DNA from: Perna viridis
Lineage: Eukaryota
Direction: 5' to 3'
Assembly (NCBI GenBank): GCA_037379345.1
Contig: CM074514.1
Span: 21,142,001 to 21,206,000 of the forward strand
DNA: 64,000 bases
Of the stretch, positions 37,828 through 52,800 are shown piece after piece (position 1 is the first letter of the stretch; each line of letters starts with the position of its first letter). Both the position numbers and the translations under genes were made by a program. Under the pieces are notes generated by a model. It did no database searches. It was not told the DNA's origin and saw only the letters and a program-made list of their open reading frames with translations.

Positions 37828-40800
37828 GTAAACAAAATCACGACCCACATATTTCAAATCAGTGTTATGTTTGTATAATATGACACTGATTTTTCTTTTA
37901 AAACAAATAATTTTCACGGTGTTTAATTTAATTATTTAATGTCAACATATTAGACTTGCTATGTAATATTAATAACATTTTAGGTTGTTATCTTGTGTCC
38001 TTCAAAGACCTGACAGGGCAAGAAATATTATTGTACTTGGATTTTCTCCAAAATGAATAAGAATAAGACAGGTCAGACCTGAAATGCTTTTGACAGAAAT
38101 CCTTTAGAAACTACATTGATCTGACAGGTCTTTCTCCCTTCACTTCTTTGGCCAATTGCATCAACAGAATTGAAATGGTACAGAGAAGAACTGCAACGTG
38201 TTACAAACAACCACCAAAACAAGGAAATTAGGCTTATATGATGTACAGTACCACACAAGAAAAAGATGCCGTTAGTCATGAAGGACTTTTAACATTGTCA
38301 CAATTTGTCTAATACCACCTAGATGACTAATATGAAACATGAATCCCTTCAGCTTCAAATGATGATAGGAAAATTTCATTGTTCCTCCAACAATCAGGGA
38401 CTCAGAGGATCTTCCTGCAGTTGTTTTGTCAGCATTGTCAGTTAAGGCATTGAAAGCCTCTCTGGCAAAGCCGAACTAAATTATCATTGAAAGGGGGTGT
38501 CATGTGTACTAAATCATTGCAGTATAATCAATGTGTTGACCGGGGCCATTATTTCGCTGAAGCAGACAAAGCGAATTCTCATACCTTGATTACATCATAC
38601 ATGAGAAAATATATTCACTCTTTTGGACATCATTTGAGGAAAATGATGTATTTCCCTGTTGTTTACACAATGGATTCTCATTCAACTGAAAGATCAATGA
38701 CATCACAATGTAAAATTACATTTGTTGCTTTGAAATGTTATTTGGAGGTGAATTTGGTGTTGTTCAGAGAACAGTTACAAGTGTGACTTTATGTACTGAT
38801 GTCCAATAAAAAAACTTCCATTGTTTTTCTGCTATATTGGATAGGAAAGGATTTATTAGTTTGAGTGGAAAACAGAAGAAAGTTCAGGAACTTTATACAT
38901 GTTTCTAAGGAATTGTACTGTTTCAAAGTAGTTTCCAGGATAAATCTAGAGGGAAAAATTGGCAAAAACTTCTTGTTTGTGTTCACTTCTCCCATTTGGC
39001 AAGAAGTAGTTTTTGTAATAGATTAACGGTACAAAGACAAAAAATATCAATATTGTTATTTTTCAACAGAATTTACTGAAACTTCTCCTTGTCATCAAAT
39101 TTATTCAATGTCTAGATTAAGCCCTGTTTTTTCCAATATTTTCAGCTCCACTCTAAAAACTAGTTAGAATTTCCTCTGACCCTGCAACCCTCCTCTTTTT
39201 TATTTGGATATTGATATCTCAGGTTGGAGCTTGTTACTTTTGGAAGGGAAAGGAGCAGAAACAATTTTTAAAACCAGAATCTAACAGAATATTTCAAAAT
39301 TCTGCTGAAAAATTACGTGTCTGCTACCCTTCCTTTCCAAAAGTAACAAGCTCCGCCTACTTTCTATTATGGTTCAAAATGTCAACAAAACATGGAAAAT
39401 GAACAAAACTTCAATAAAAATGTAATTTTTGTAGCAAATTTGGTATAGGCATACAGGAAAATGATTCCAAAATCAAACTAGGTAGGTATGACATACACAA
39501 TTTCAACTTTGAAAGTCGTTACAAGCGGTTGAAGAGTGGTACTCCGCGGTACCGCTGAATCTCCAACTTTTTGTATGGCACACAGTTCTGACCCCAACCC
39601 AACATATCAATATCCAAATAAAAAAAAAGGAAGGTTGTAGGGTCAGAGGAAATTCAGAATATCTAATAACTTGGTTCAATGTGACTGCAATAACTTTGAG
39701 AGGATCTATTGAAAACGAGCGTGAAAACGTGTGGAACCAGAGTTGTTACTTTTGGACCTAAACAGTTGTAGACATATTTTTTAGGATTGATATCTAATAG
39801 AATTTTTCATAAAATCAGGGGGAAATTCCTGTTACATATTTCTGCTTCAGGAAAATTATCCTTAAATCGTAATATATGAAGGGACAGTATGTCAGGTTTA
39901 TGGTTTTCATGATACAAACAGAAAGTGCATCAGAAATTCAGAATTAATTAGAGCACTACAGTTTAGCAAGATGCCAACTGAATGGCACATCATTCTGAGC
40001 CTAATTTTACAAGGTTAACTTTATAAAAATAACCTTGCAACATCTGCTGCTGTTCTACATATAATTAGCTTGACAATCTTTTGGTATTTTGCTACTAGCC
40101 CAAATTGATCATTAAGTAATAACATGAGACAGATCATTTAAGACCAAAGTACATGTACTGTAAATGTCAGTTAAACTTCTGCTTGTTTCTTTTGATATTT
40201 TATTGCTCCCTCAGATATCTTTCATGCTTGGAGTTGTGCATGGGAGTTACAAATGATTTTAAAAAGATGAATCATTTGAAATTGATTTAGTTCATGAAAT
40301 TTAATCTTGTTAGCTTTTTAAAAAAAAGTGCGGACTTTTTTTTAACCTTTACCTGCAAAGAAGGTGTATATGCGATAAGGTAATAAGTCCTTAATTTCTT
40401 TTCACAAATAGGTACCTTTCTTCTATCAGTTACTCCTTCTTCACCAAAGAATGGAATTTAATGAAACTTTCATCTGTTTTTTTTTTTTAATTACGATAGA
40501 CCCATCTATAAATTTCAAACCCCTGGCTGTGATTGTTATTTTATGAAATGACAGTTGATTGAATTGAAACTGCTGGTATATTTCCAGATCCCTTGTCACA
40601 ACCCAAAATGTGCTTTGCATTTGTATTCATTGATAACATAAATTCTTTTTGTTAAAATATATAAACTACCATTTACAACTGTCAAGTAGGGTGCCTACAA
40701 AGGAAAAGGTTAAAAGGAGTTAAATGAATAGGAATTTAGGTTGGAAACAACTTGTATAAAAAGAGCTTAATATTTGCACTTTATTAATAAATATTGATGT

Positions 40801-43800
40801 TTGTTTATCTTTTTAAATGTAAATGGAAAACCTTTTTTATACCCACCCCATGTTCCTCAGTTCCGGTTCCCTGTCACCCAAGACAAGGGAAAGCGAAAAG
40901 TTTGTGCAAATTTACCCTTAGAAACTGACTAACAAGAAGATGAAGCTTAGTAAGAAAACTTTCTATAATTAACTCTTTTCCTCTACTTGCAGTCTGGGCC
41001 CTTAATCAAGTAAATGTAGGCACTTACAGGTAGGGCCCACACCATTTTTGCGAATGTGCAAGAGTGATGGAACAATGCAAATACATTGTAATTCCAGTTG
41101 GTTCTAGCCATGCTACAAGTGAATTATTGTGGCATTATTTGAGTTGCATAATGATATTCAAAGTCAAACACAGACGCCAAAAACCATATTATATCAATCA
41201 CAAAGAAGTAATAGATCTAGATGCAAGAAAATTGTAGGAAACTAAGAATTTATTCTTCGCAAGTACATTACAGACTGCAGCTTTCATTTTTTACCTGAGA
41301 AAACAAACAGGTTGCAAAATGATAAAACAGAACAAAATAAATGCATTTGATTCTACAGTATCTTATCTGAAGTAACAAAACACAATTTAATGTTAACTGG
41401 TAAGCATATATGCATAGGTTATAAAGTAATGACTTAGATTCCTTTGTCCTATGAAGTTCTTATTATATAGTACTTAATTAAGATTGGCTACACAACACTT
41501 TTTTAAGTCAGAGGTGTAGATAAATTTTATTATTATGGTTAAGTCCAACTACTGGTAGTATTTAAAGGATAATTTGAAGATCATGTAAAGTCTAACCATT
41601 AATGTGTTTAATCACATTGTATAATTTTCTTTGAAAATTAATGTTTCTGTGTTATATTTCCACAGTATGTTGAAACTCCAGTACAGAGTTGCAGCAAGAC
41701 AAGGGGTCTTCCAGGATTACCTCCCCTTCCAACACATTCTAAAGAACAATCTGATTTGTACAAGGTAAACACAATATGAATTAACCAGCTTGATTGGTCA
41801 CAATTATTTGTTAAGATTCTGTTTATTTTCTATTGTATAAAGAAGCCCCACTTTTGTAAACTTATTTGATAAGAACTTAATAAATTTTTGCAATATAAAT
41901 AACTTATAATTTGCCATTTGTTGTGTAAAATTATAGATGTTGTCTTTTTAGATTGTTCTCCGAAACAGTGAACATCCTCCTATAATGAAAGGTACATCAT
42001 GGACTCTTGCTGCACCATTCAAAGAAGAGAGACACCACCGTACACCTAGTGAATCAATTGGAAATAATTTTACACCATCTGCCAGTGATTTAAAGATGAA
42101 AGACATACCAAAAATGCAAAGACAGAAAACTAAATGTAATTATTCACTTGTGACTTCATTTTGGAATCTTTATAATTCAATTTTGTAATTTTGCGCATGA
42201 AATAAATTTCTGCAGTTACAAATTTAATTAAGTTTCAAAATAAAAACTAGTAATTATAGTAGTTGCTTACAATATACCATGACATTTTTTGTTAAACATA
42301 TACTGTACATTACAAATAGACAACTTGAGCTTTATACCAATATATACATGTTCCCTCTTTTTTAACTTTTTTTTTTATTACACTGCATGGAATTTCAGAT
42401 TTAGTAGATCAGTTTAACTCTGGTCTTTTGACAAAGAGAGAGTTACCGCCTATAGATGAGGGTAAATTAAAGCAATGTTTATGTTGAGTGATGTAGAGGC
42501 TATGATTTATTTTGAGTGTTGCACAAGAATGTAGTTTATAATTAATTTTGATGAAATTTTGTTCTCCAGAGCAATATTTATTGACAGAAACATGCCATTT
42601 GAATATGTTTTTAGGACAGTTTTAGTTGCTTAATAGTAAAAAAAGGTGATGGTAGTAGCTAGTTTGTTGTGTGATATGTTGTTTATTTTACAGACTATGA
42701 ACATTCATCTTTTTAATTTTCTGCTTTAGAGCCTATTGTGTATACAATATTTTATAAATTTTACAGTGAAATGATAAAATGGAAGATTAGTAGAATTACT
42801 ATAAGCATTGTATAATTTGTAAGAATTTTAGATGTAATTGTTTTTATTATTCACACATTCGCAAAAAAAAGGAGGAGTTGAAATATTCTGCTTTTTATGT
42901 TTCCTCAATGTATTAGTCAAAAGTCACTTTAATTGTTATAGATAGAGGCATGGACTTGATCTGATCTAGTAACTTCTTTGATTTAATTATTTGAATTTAT
43001 TCTTTCAGTGGTTGGCAAGAAAAGTCCTAGGAAATCAAAAAGTCCAACTTTTGCAAATGGGTAAGTCAGTTATTGGAGATCTTTAATATCACAGTTATGA
43101 TAAATACATTGAATATTCATATTAGCAATACATCATAATAGTCGATTTTCCTAAGGCATTTGGTCCAACAACCTAACAAAATCTGCTAGACTGAACAATT
43201 ATCTGCCGGAGCGAAATCATTTCTCTGATCCAATTTAAATTTGCCTCAATTCGGACACTATCTTTAAACTGGAAGTTGCAGTTGAGGCGTGTCTATTAAA
43301 AAAAACGTACCAGACATCTGGTGCAGAAATCACACAAATTTTACTGGACCGGTGGCTAAAAGTACTGGTCATGTCCGACGAATTTCACCATGACTGAGAG
43401 ACCTTACATTGATTAGCCAGTCCTACAACAAATCATGTCATGGCTGTTTTCAATTGTTTTGTCTTTCAAGATAGGCTTTCTAAATGTAGCATGTGAGTTG
43501 ACAACTTTTAAGATGATGTGTCACATACCAGAGGTGGTGTCTCTCAACCTTTGGGTGAAATTATGCATGGTTTTGCCTTTTTTTATTTAATGAAACATGT
43601 GATATCCTGCTGTTTTTTGTTTTGTTTTTTGTTTTGGTAAATCAAAAGTAAGCTTTTGATTTTTTTAATAATGATAGACCACACAAGACAATGTTGCATG
43701 TTCCATGTTCAGTGAATTTTGACATTTAACTTTGCAATAAAACAATATTGTAACATAAAAGTTTCAAAGCATGATGAAAACACAACTATATTGTAATTTT

Positions 43801-46800
43801 TACAGGGCCACTAATGGTGTGAATGGAGTTAATGGTATGAATGGTCATAATGTTTTACCTGATATAAGTACAGACATACCACCAAGTAGACCTTTTACAC
43901 CTAGTGAACAGATGGATATTATGAGGGCATTTGAAGACCATGAACTATCTGAAACTGGAGAACCTTCAAACCGAGATGAAGAGGTTTGAGTATAGTTTAA
44001 ATTTGTTTTTGGTTCCTGGAATATGTGATTTGTTGACACACCAAAGAGTCATATTTCTTCAATATTTTTCCTTTGAAAATTATTATCTACAATGAAAAGG
44101 AAAAAATTAAGAACTATTACTGTAAAGTGTACAATATTAAAAGGGTTAAAATTTGTATTCTAACAAAACTACATACAATTTTTTATGACAGAATACATAC
44201 ACATGCAGTGTCCAATCTAGAGCATGCCATTTTGGGATTCCAACCATTTTTGTCATTCTGGTGCAATGGAAATTGTAACCTGGTCCAAATTGGATGTATT
44301 GAATTTTCAACTTTTGAAGTTGTCCATTTCATGATTACCAGAAATAGGTCGCATAGTGCATTGGATTTTAGATAACCATTGAGTCTGAGTCAGTATTGCA
44401 CTTGAAGACATGTCATTTTCTATTTTCCCTCCTTCTAAGTCAACCAAACGCTTTGAGTATAGTTCTGAAATAAAAGAGAAATTATCTTCATATTACTGAC
44501 CGTGAGGGAGAAGCGAGTAAAGGCCATGAATACTGAAAAGAACCCTGAAGGAAATATTGACAGTATAATTGAAATCTGATAGGTGTTGGAAATTTGTCAA
44601 TCGTACCTGTCAGCAAGTTTTGTCAGAGACACAGCCATCACTGGCATCTATTTTCATCTATGGTTGGTGACTATCAAATATAAATTCATATTTGATAGTC
44701 ACGACCATTGATATATACCAGTGCCTGTGACAGCCATGTCCAAATTAAATTTCTTCAAAATATCTGTTAGTTATCTTGTTATTTATTACCACCAATTAAA
44801 TTATGTTTTTGTAGACAGCTTTTATGATATAGGTTATTTTGGATAGATCTAATTTCTTTTCATAGATTGAACACTGCATATATATATTAACTTATTTTAT
44901 ATGGAAAGAAATACAAGTTTTTATCTTTCCACTACAAATGTAGTAGATTTCGTACATGAAAAGATGAAATAGATTTGAAAAAATTGAAGTTTTTTTTTCA
45001 TATTCACTAAATGATATAAAACCGTATGATTTATTATTGGTACAGACAGAGAACAATAATTAACAACATGTAATTTAATTTTGTAGAGATATTACTACTA
45101 CATACAAAAGGGTGTAAAGAGGCAGATGTTGGCTCCTGCAAACCCAGACACAATGAAGAAAATTAAATCTCTAGTCCCTCAGCCTTTACTCTCTAGTACA
45201 GCTTTGTCTCCTATGGTGGAGAATCTTTCTGATGAAATACAGAATGATTATGAATTTAGTTTAAGGAAAGCTATTGGTAAGAAGTTTGAATAATATCTCA
45301 AAGCAGACAAATATTTGACTTAACTCATATGCTTGTCATTTTTATTTGAAAAATTGCAGCAACCCCACCCTTTGCGTTATGCATGTGATTTTAAACTCTA
45401 TGTTGATTTCTTAAATAATAATTCAGTAAAGTTTTGCCTTTGTTGTAGACATTGTAAATGATAAATGAAATATGTTGTCTTTGGTTACCACAGGATTCTC
45501 CTTGTACACAAAAAAATAATGACTTTTTATTAATTGTTTTAGTTGACTACATTTTGAAAGACCCAACTGAGAAAGACAGATTACATATAGCATGGACACC
45601 TAAACCTTTTCCTCACAGGTAACATTTGAATACTATTATAACTATTTTGTACTAAAGTGTAATAAAAACTACGATTTTGTAATGTTATATACTTATGTTT
45701 AAGTAATTTTAAGAAAGGAAAAAATAACTATTACACAAAAATGTGGTAGTAAGATGAATGATTTTTGAAAAAAAGAGTTTTTACACAACTTAAACCTACC
45801 TTTTATTAGCAGAACCATCAGATTTTAGACCTAAATACAACGGAACTGGAATAGAGAGATAATTTTTTTTCAGTTTTTTTATTTGCTACTTTTCTATATT
45901 GGATCAAACATTTTATTCTGTTTTATAATTCTTCAGGGTAATTCGTGCTCCTGTTCCATGGCATGACAGCTATAGAAACATGAAAGACTTAAACAAAATA
46001 CATTTGTTTATTACCAACCCAATCATGTTGCAGCTACAGAATATCTGGTTTGACCGGTAAGTTTTTACCAATGTTTACCAATTGTTATATATAAGCCATG
46101 TCACCTTTTACTGTATAATTTTATTTAAAACCTATATTATTATGACATCTGTAAGAATCAAGTGACTGGGATTAAAATTTTGAGAATGAACTATTTTTGG
46201 TGATAACCAGAATATTTTTAGTTAAAAATCTGATTAAAATGGGACATTTTCAGCTGGAATGTGACAAATTGTGCAATGAAAATATTTTTATTATTTTCTT
46301 CTTTTTTTGTTGATGAGTGTGGAAGAAAACTCCTTTTTGTTTTTTATGGCTTTCCATATTTTTCTTGTGGACTGTATATTCTGAAATAAGAGGGACAAAT
46401 GTATTGTGTGCAAACAGAGGCCTGGTTGTTTTTAACTTCATTCATTCAAGATATATTTATCCACTGGATAACTTGTATTTGACCCAGAGGATAACTATTG
46501 TCCAGCTAGATAAAAAAAATCTTTTTGTTGATCAGTTGTAACTGAGTGTTTAAACGAGGAATAAAATGTGTTTAAGAAAGACTTGTTTAAAATACTTTTG
46601 TAATGTTTAAAAAAAAAATCTGATGACTGAGGAGTATTAAAGTGTCAAATGCATAAATTATCTATTACAGGTTCAATGACCTGAGATTCGTGAACCTGAA
46701 TGAATTAAATGCTGCAGATTTACCATTGTTACCGGCAGAGTTTGAATCTTTGGTGAAGAAACAGTGCTGGGAGGCTCACGAAGTACTCAGGAAAAAGTAA

Positions 46801-49800
46801 TGACTTCCATTTATCTATGTTTCGACAAAAAGTCCTTAACTTTGGTTTTACTTTTCTTTATTTTCTGCTACTTTTTCTGGTCAAGTAAAATGTATTTTTT
46901 ATTGAAAATCCCTTTTTTATTGTTTTAAGATTTTTAAAGATGTGTGTGATAAGAGATAGGATTATTCTTATGTATATTTTTATGTAGGAGAGCTGATGGA
47001 TATTACTATTAGTACATTTTTGTATTATCTATTTGAAACTATTCACAAATAATCAATAAGATATTCATATCTAATTTCTTTAAGAGAATTTCTAATTAAT
47101 TTTCAGTATAAAGTTGGAATTATTATTTTATCTGTGGATTACAACTGAAAAACAGTATTATTTATGAAAGGTTTATAACCATTGAGTAAACATTATATAA
47201 AGTATTTATAAATACTATTTTCAGTTGGATACCAAGTTGTGCCAAATTGTTTGTTGACAACAATGAGTTATGGGAACACCTAGTCCCTCCTGAAGATGAT
47301 GATTCTACAGAACTAGTTGAAGAATTCTTTGCTTGTGTTGCTGCTCTCATGTCCATACAACTCAGGGGCATGGTTATCAATTCTCTGTCAGACTTCCTTC
47401 GTTTCTTCCAAACTCACAAGGTATAAACATAAGTTTTAAAGCATTGTGTTCTGAGAGATATCTTATACACCGTTTGACAAGTAAAGTACTTCTCAATGAT
47501 TTTGATGATATAGCATCTACACCATTTCAATATTTTATACACAAAAAAAACGATAAATTATGTAGGAGTTTAAAAAAGTTTAATAAATAATGCTACCTCT
47601 GCAATGTGCCGTATGCTTTAAATTGTTATCAGTTTTTTGTTTTGCTGTCTTGATGTCTACTTTCCAGAAACACATAGCAGTCTCTCTACATTTATAATTT
47701 ATTTTTTTTACTTTAGTTGTTTGATTTTTGTGAATTCAACACATAGCTTTTGCAATGTAAATTCTTTATCTACTGGAAAATTTTCAGGTTTGCACTGTTA
47801 CTGCATACCTTCAATTCATTCAATGCAATGTCTTTCTGTGTTTGAGTTTATCATGATTTAATTTAATTGTAGGCAGGGAATGACTTTGAAGAACCATTTG
47901 ATGAACTGAAATACCTTGAGACTTCCATCATGATAATCAAACTGAAAGTAGAAGAACCCAAAATAGTGTTTGACCCATTGTTTAAAGAAATCAGAGATAT
48001 TATCCTGAGATGTTTCTCTGAAATTGTTGCCAGTGGTGATGGCCTTACAAGGGTAGGTTTTTAGTTAGGTGATGGTCTTACAAGAGTAGGTTTAGTTATG
48101 TGATGGTTTTACAAGAGAAGGCTTTTAGTTCATTTTAACATCTCTAGCATATAAATATGATTTTCTTAAATATGTAAGTAAACAAAATGTGTAATATAGT
48201 ACAAATTGTTAAAAAAAATTCTATTTAAATATCAGTTCATATAAAATTCAGGCACTGCCAATGATTAAATGATTCATGGCGAAGAAAAACAAACAGAACA
48301 AACGATGCTTTTTCGGTCTACATGTGCTATATTTTCACTTAAAAATAGTCCTTTCTGTACTTAGATTTGTATTTTTGAAAAAAAAAACATCAACCAAATC
48401 AAACTGAAACAAAAACAGTAACTCTTGCAAAGTGCCAATTTCATAATTTTAAGACCAGTTTTGTGGTCTGTAGCCAGTACTAAATTAGAAATAAAATTGA
48501 GTTTAGTGGATTTTTGACATGCATGAATCACCTCCTGTTTGATTTTTTATAAAGACTACTACTTAAACAACCATCAACAACTTAGATATTTGAACTATGG
48601 AAGCCTATTATATAGACAACTGTTAATATAATTGGTGGAACCATGCAGCAAATATTTCTTGATAAGAAAATACCTTCAAAGTTCCCAGTTTTACAAAAGA
48701 AATTGAAAATTGCATAAAAATTTATTATGTCATTTTGACATACAAATGCTGTTACAAATCCAAGCCACATTTGTTTGGGTTAAGTCATTCTTTTTGATAT
48801 AAATATATGCTAGTATTGAAGTGTTTTTGGGTTAGCTTAATAAAAATACTTATTAACCAGACCATCAATTGATTTAAGCAAAATATTCATTTTTTTCCCC
48901 TGATATTTAATTTGATCAAATTTTTTAAAGAAACAAAGTACAAAATGTTCATTGCAATTACTAATCCATTACAATGAGAGATAGACTTCCATTTTGAATT
49001 ATTTAAATTAACATTTTGATAAATATATTGGTGTGTATTTTAGGTTGAATGTGAGTTATTCCCAGACATGAGGAGTAAGAAGTTACTACTGAGAACAGTG
49101 AAGATAGAAGAATCACTGGTGGTAGAATATGTAGATAAAGCCATGGATATCTTTAAGCATAATACAGTTGGACCACAAAAGTAAGTGCTCTGTTACTTTT
49201 AATTTTTAAAACACTATTTCTATTATAACAATTGAATAACAGGAAAGCTTGCATATCGAAAATTACCTCAGTGCAAACTTACGTATGAACATTTAATGAT
49301 GATATGAAAAAGTAGAATAAATACTGATAACAAGATACTGAAAAATCAATCCAATGTAATTATTATATTTTAGTTAAGTAACAGTAGTAAAACATCTAAT
49401 ACAGTGCATGTTAATCTTTATATCTTTATGTGTGACTCTACATAACTGCATCTATTTTGTAGGTATCTCAATACTTACAAGAAATATGCCAATCTACTGA
49501 ATAATGAGGCAGAACAGGAGGTAGCAGCCTTCCTCAGGGAGGACCACTCTATTGAGGCTTATAAACAGGTTTGTTTCACAATTAGTGTTCTATAGATTTA
49601 TAAATGAATCATTTTAAGGATTTCGGTTACAAACATACCAACTATAGTATAAGGTTAAAGAAATTACTAATAGCCTATCACATGCATTCTACTGACTCTA
49701 ATTTTAAACAACTCTCAAATTCAGTTAAGTGAAACGTCTTTTTGCATAAGAATAAAATGAAATATATTATGTTTTTAGCAATACATGTATTGTAGTCTGC

Positions 49801-52800
49801 ATTTAATCATATTCAATTGTTTTTCACAGAAAATCATAGCATTCAACAAGCTGAAGGAAGAGATAGCACTGCTAAGAATCACAGTACCACTGAGTATGTT
49901 CTGTTTGGATTGTGTTAACCTAAATGATGATCTGTGTGGCAGAGCTGAGAGACTGAAAGATAAACTAGTTACAAGACAGATTGATGACAACAGAGATTTA
50001 AACAGAGCGTATGTAGTGTGAACTGATTGATAAACAATATAAAGAACTTTTTCTCAGGGAGATTTCTAGAGAAAAGGGGTATCTTTTTTTCAGAAGGAAC
50101 AAACATTAGGTCAGTTGTGAGATTTTAATGAATAAGTTGCCTACTAACATTTTCTTTGACGGAAATGAATTGCTTCACTGGACAAATATTATTAAATCAA
50201 TACCTCTTTTTCAGTTTGTGTGAAAAATATGACAAGATGGCAGACAAAGTAAATGAAACCCCTAAAACAACACAGGAATTAGTAGAAATACAAGAGTACT
50301 TGAAAACAGTGAGTATTATACAATGTAATGTTGGTAACAAAGGCTAAAGTGAAATGTATCTCCACATCAGCCGTTGATTATGTCAAGTACTTGTCTTCAC
50401 TCAACAACAAAGAATAGTCCTAGATAAAAAACTTTATTTAGGGTGTTTAAAAAAACTTATATATTTCAGTCACAAGAAGTAACAGTATACAAGCTGAAGG
50501 ATGATATAGAGGATGCCAAGGATCGGCTGATGTTTCTTTTAGATTATGCTATTTATCCAAGTAAGCTAACCAAGTCATATAGATATCATTTAAGAAAGCT
50601 GAAGGTTGTAAGTAAAATAACTGACTTTTGAAATATAGAACTAAATATCTCAGAAATATAGAATGAATTACAATTTTTGATAGTTTAATTTAACAAGATG
50701 AATTTGGCTGATATTGTATTATGCATGATATGTTTTTTTATGTTGTTTGTCAATAATTGATCAATAAATATGACAATAATCTAAGAAAGAAATTGTGTGC
50801 TAATTTGGTTGAATGTTATTTTAGCTGAGGATCAGAAACTGAACACCCATGTATTCCACTGGCCAGAACATATCAAGAATGTGTTTGAGATTGCCCAAAA
50901 GATTATTATTAGTAAGAGAGATTCCATTGAAGATGAACTTAGAAGCAGGACTGCTAAGTTTGAAGAGAAACTCAATGACATGATGAAAGAAGTTGAATCA
51001 TTCAAGAAAAAAGAAGTAATACTGAATATTCATATGTGTTCTATTAAATAGTAACTTTGGGCTCTAAGTTAAAATATAAGTGTTTTATACAAGTAAAACC
51101 TTCTGTAGACTCTGATACTTAAATACTGCATTTAATTACCTACAAGATTTGACACAGTCACATAGAACTATTTGGTATCAGTATCATATCTCATTTGTGG
51201 AAATGTGTAGTTGATTCAAGTTTTTTATTGCAGTACCTTTTTTGCAGTACATACGTGTAGTTAGATTCTATCTTCAATAAGCTTTGTCCATTGCAGTTTT
51301 TGAGTGAAGATGCCATGAGGAACAACACGGAACAGCTGGCTGCTTTGGATACCAGTCTTGTAGCTGCTAGGGATGAACTTGAGGGTATCAACCAGGAGGA
51401 AACCTTGTTAGAATGGGAACAGAGTTTCTTCCCTCAGCTACAACAAATGTTCACCATGAAAGAACCGTATGAAAAACTCTGGAACACAGCTTATTCCTTC
51501 CATCAGAAACATGAGAAATGGCTGAATGGTAAAATTTCAAATAGTAGTTTCTGAAAGGCATTTTTAAGTTTTAAAATGCCTGTACCTTGTTTTTTTTTTT
51601 TTTTAAGAACACTTGATGTGGTTTACTTCTAACTTTACACTGTCCTTTTGTTAGTTTCTAAACTTAATGTAAGAAATTGTCATTTTTCCATGTTGCACTA
51701 TTTCTTGTAACCAGTTGGTACAATCAGTCTTGTATTAGCTTTTTGGTGAAATTTCAATTTCCTTCTGAGAATTTTGTTTTGTCTTAATTACTGAAAGGTG
51801 TTTCATGGGCTTATGCAGAGTATATCTGCTTCAAAATATACACAATATAGTGATTTTGATGATCTAAGATATTTAACTATATATCATTTTATTTCAAGGA
51901 GCATTCCAAGATTTGAATGCTGAGAATATAGAGAATGATGTAGGTGACATGTGGAGAATAATGTACAAATTGACAAAGACTTTCAATGACCAGGCTGGAC
52001 CTCGTAGGATTGCTGATAATGTTAGAGGCAAAATTGACAAGTTCAAGCAACACCTACCTATTCTACACACAATTTGTAATCCTGGTATTAGGGACAGACA
52101 TTGGCAGAGGGTAAATACCAAAATAATCTTCAAGATATTTATTTTAACTTTTAAGTGTTGTTTCAAAGAAATCTTTTAACTAAGAAGCACTACTCACCGT
52201 TCACATTTAATGAAAGTACAGTGTATGATATAAGTAGGTTTTCATTTGTTCAAATTTGAACAAATTAGAAATGGCAAGTTATATATAAGAAATGTATTAA
52301 TAGAATTTCATATTAGACTTTGATATATTTTGTAGATGAGTGACATTGTAGGACAAGATATTAAACCTGTGGAAGGTACATCTCTCAGTAACATGTTGGA
52401 GTTTGGACTCACTAAATTCCTACCACAGTAAGTACTTTACAATTGGAAGGGTTTTCCTGTATGATTCTATTACTTATATACACTGACAGATTTTAATGAT
52501 GCCAGGTTTTTTGCCATTTTATCATGTAAGCAGGGACTTGCCACACATGTTTTGCTAAATTATCTAGAAAAGATCCATTTTTAGTCTTAATTACAGTTTT
52601 TATCATTACAGAAAGACTTGTGTATAATTTTTTTTTATTAAGTTGCCTGATAATACTACATTTTCATTTTTCAGACTGGAGGATATTGGAGCAGCAGCTG
52701 CCAAGGAATTCTCACTTGAGAAGGCTTTGGAGAAGATGAAGTTTGAATGGAAAGATATGGCATTTGAGTTGATTCCATACAGAGAAACAGTAAGTTTACC

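Noticed and set aside
38073-38995. Possible decayed coding or transposase remnant in DNAH3 intron 1
   Set aside because: Slightly higher GC, but no recognisable protein motif in the frames checked.
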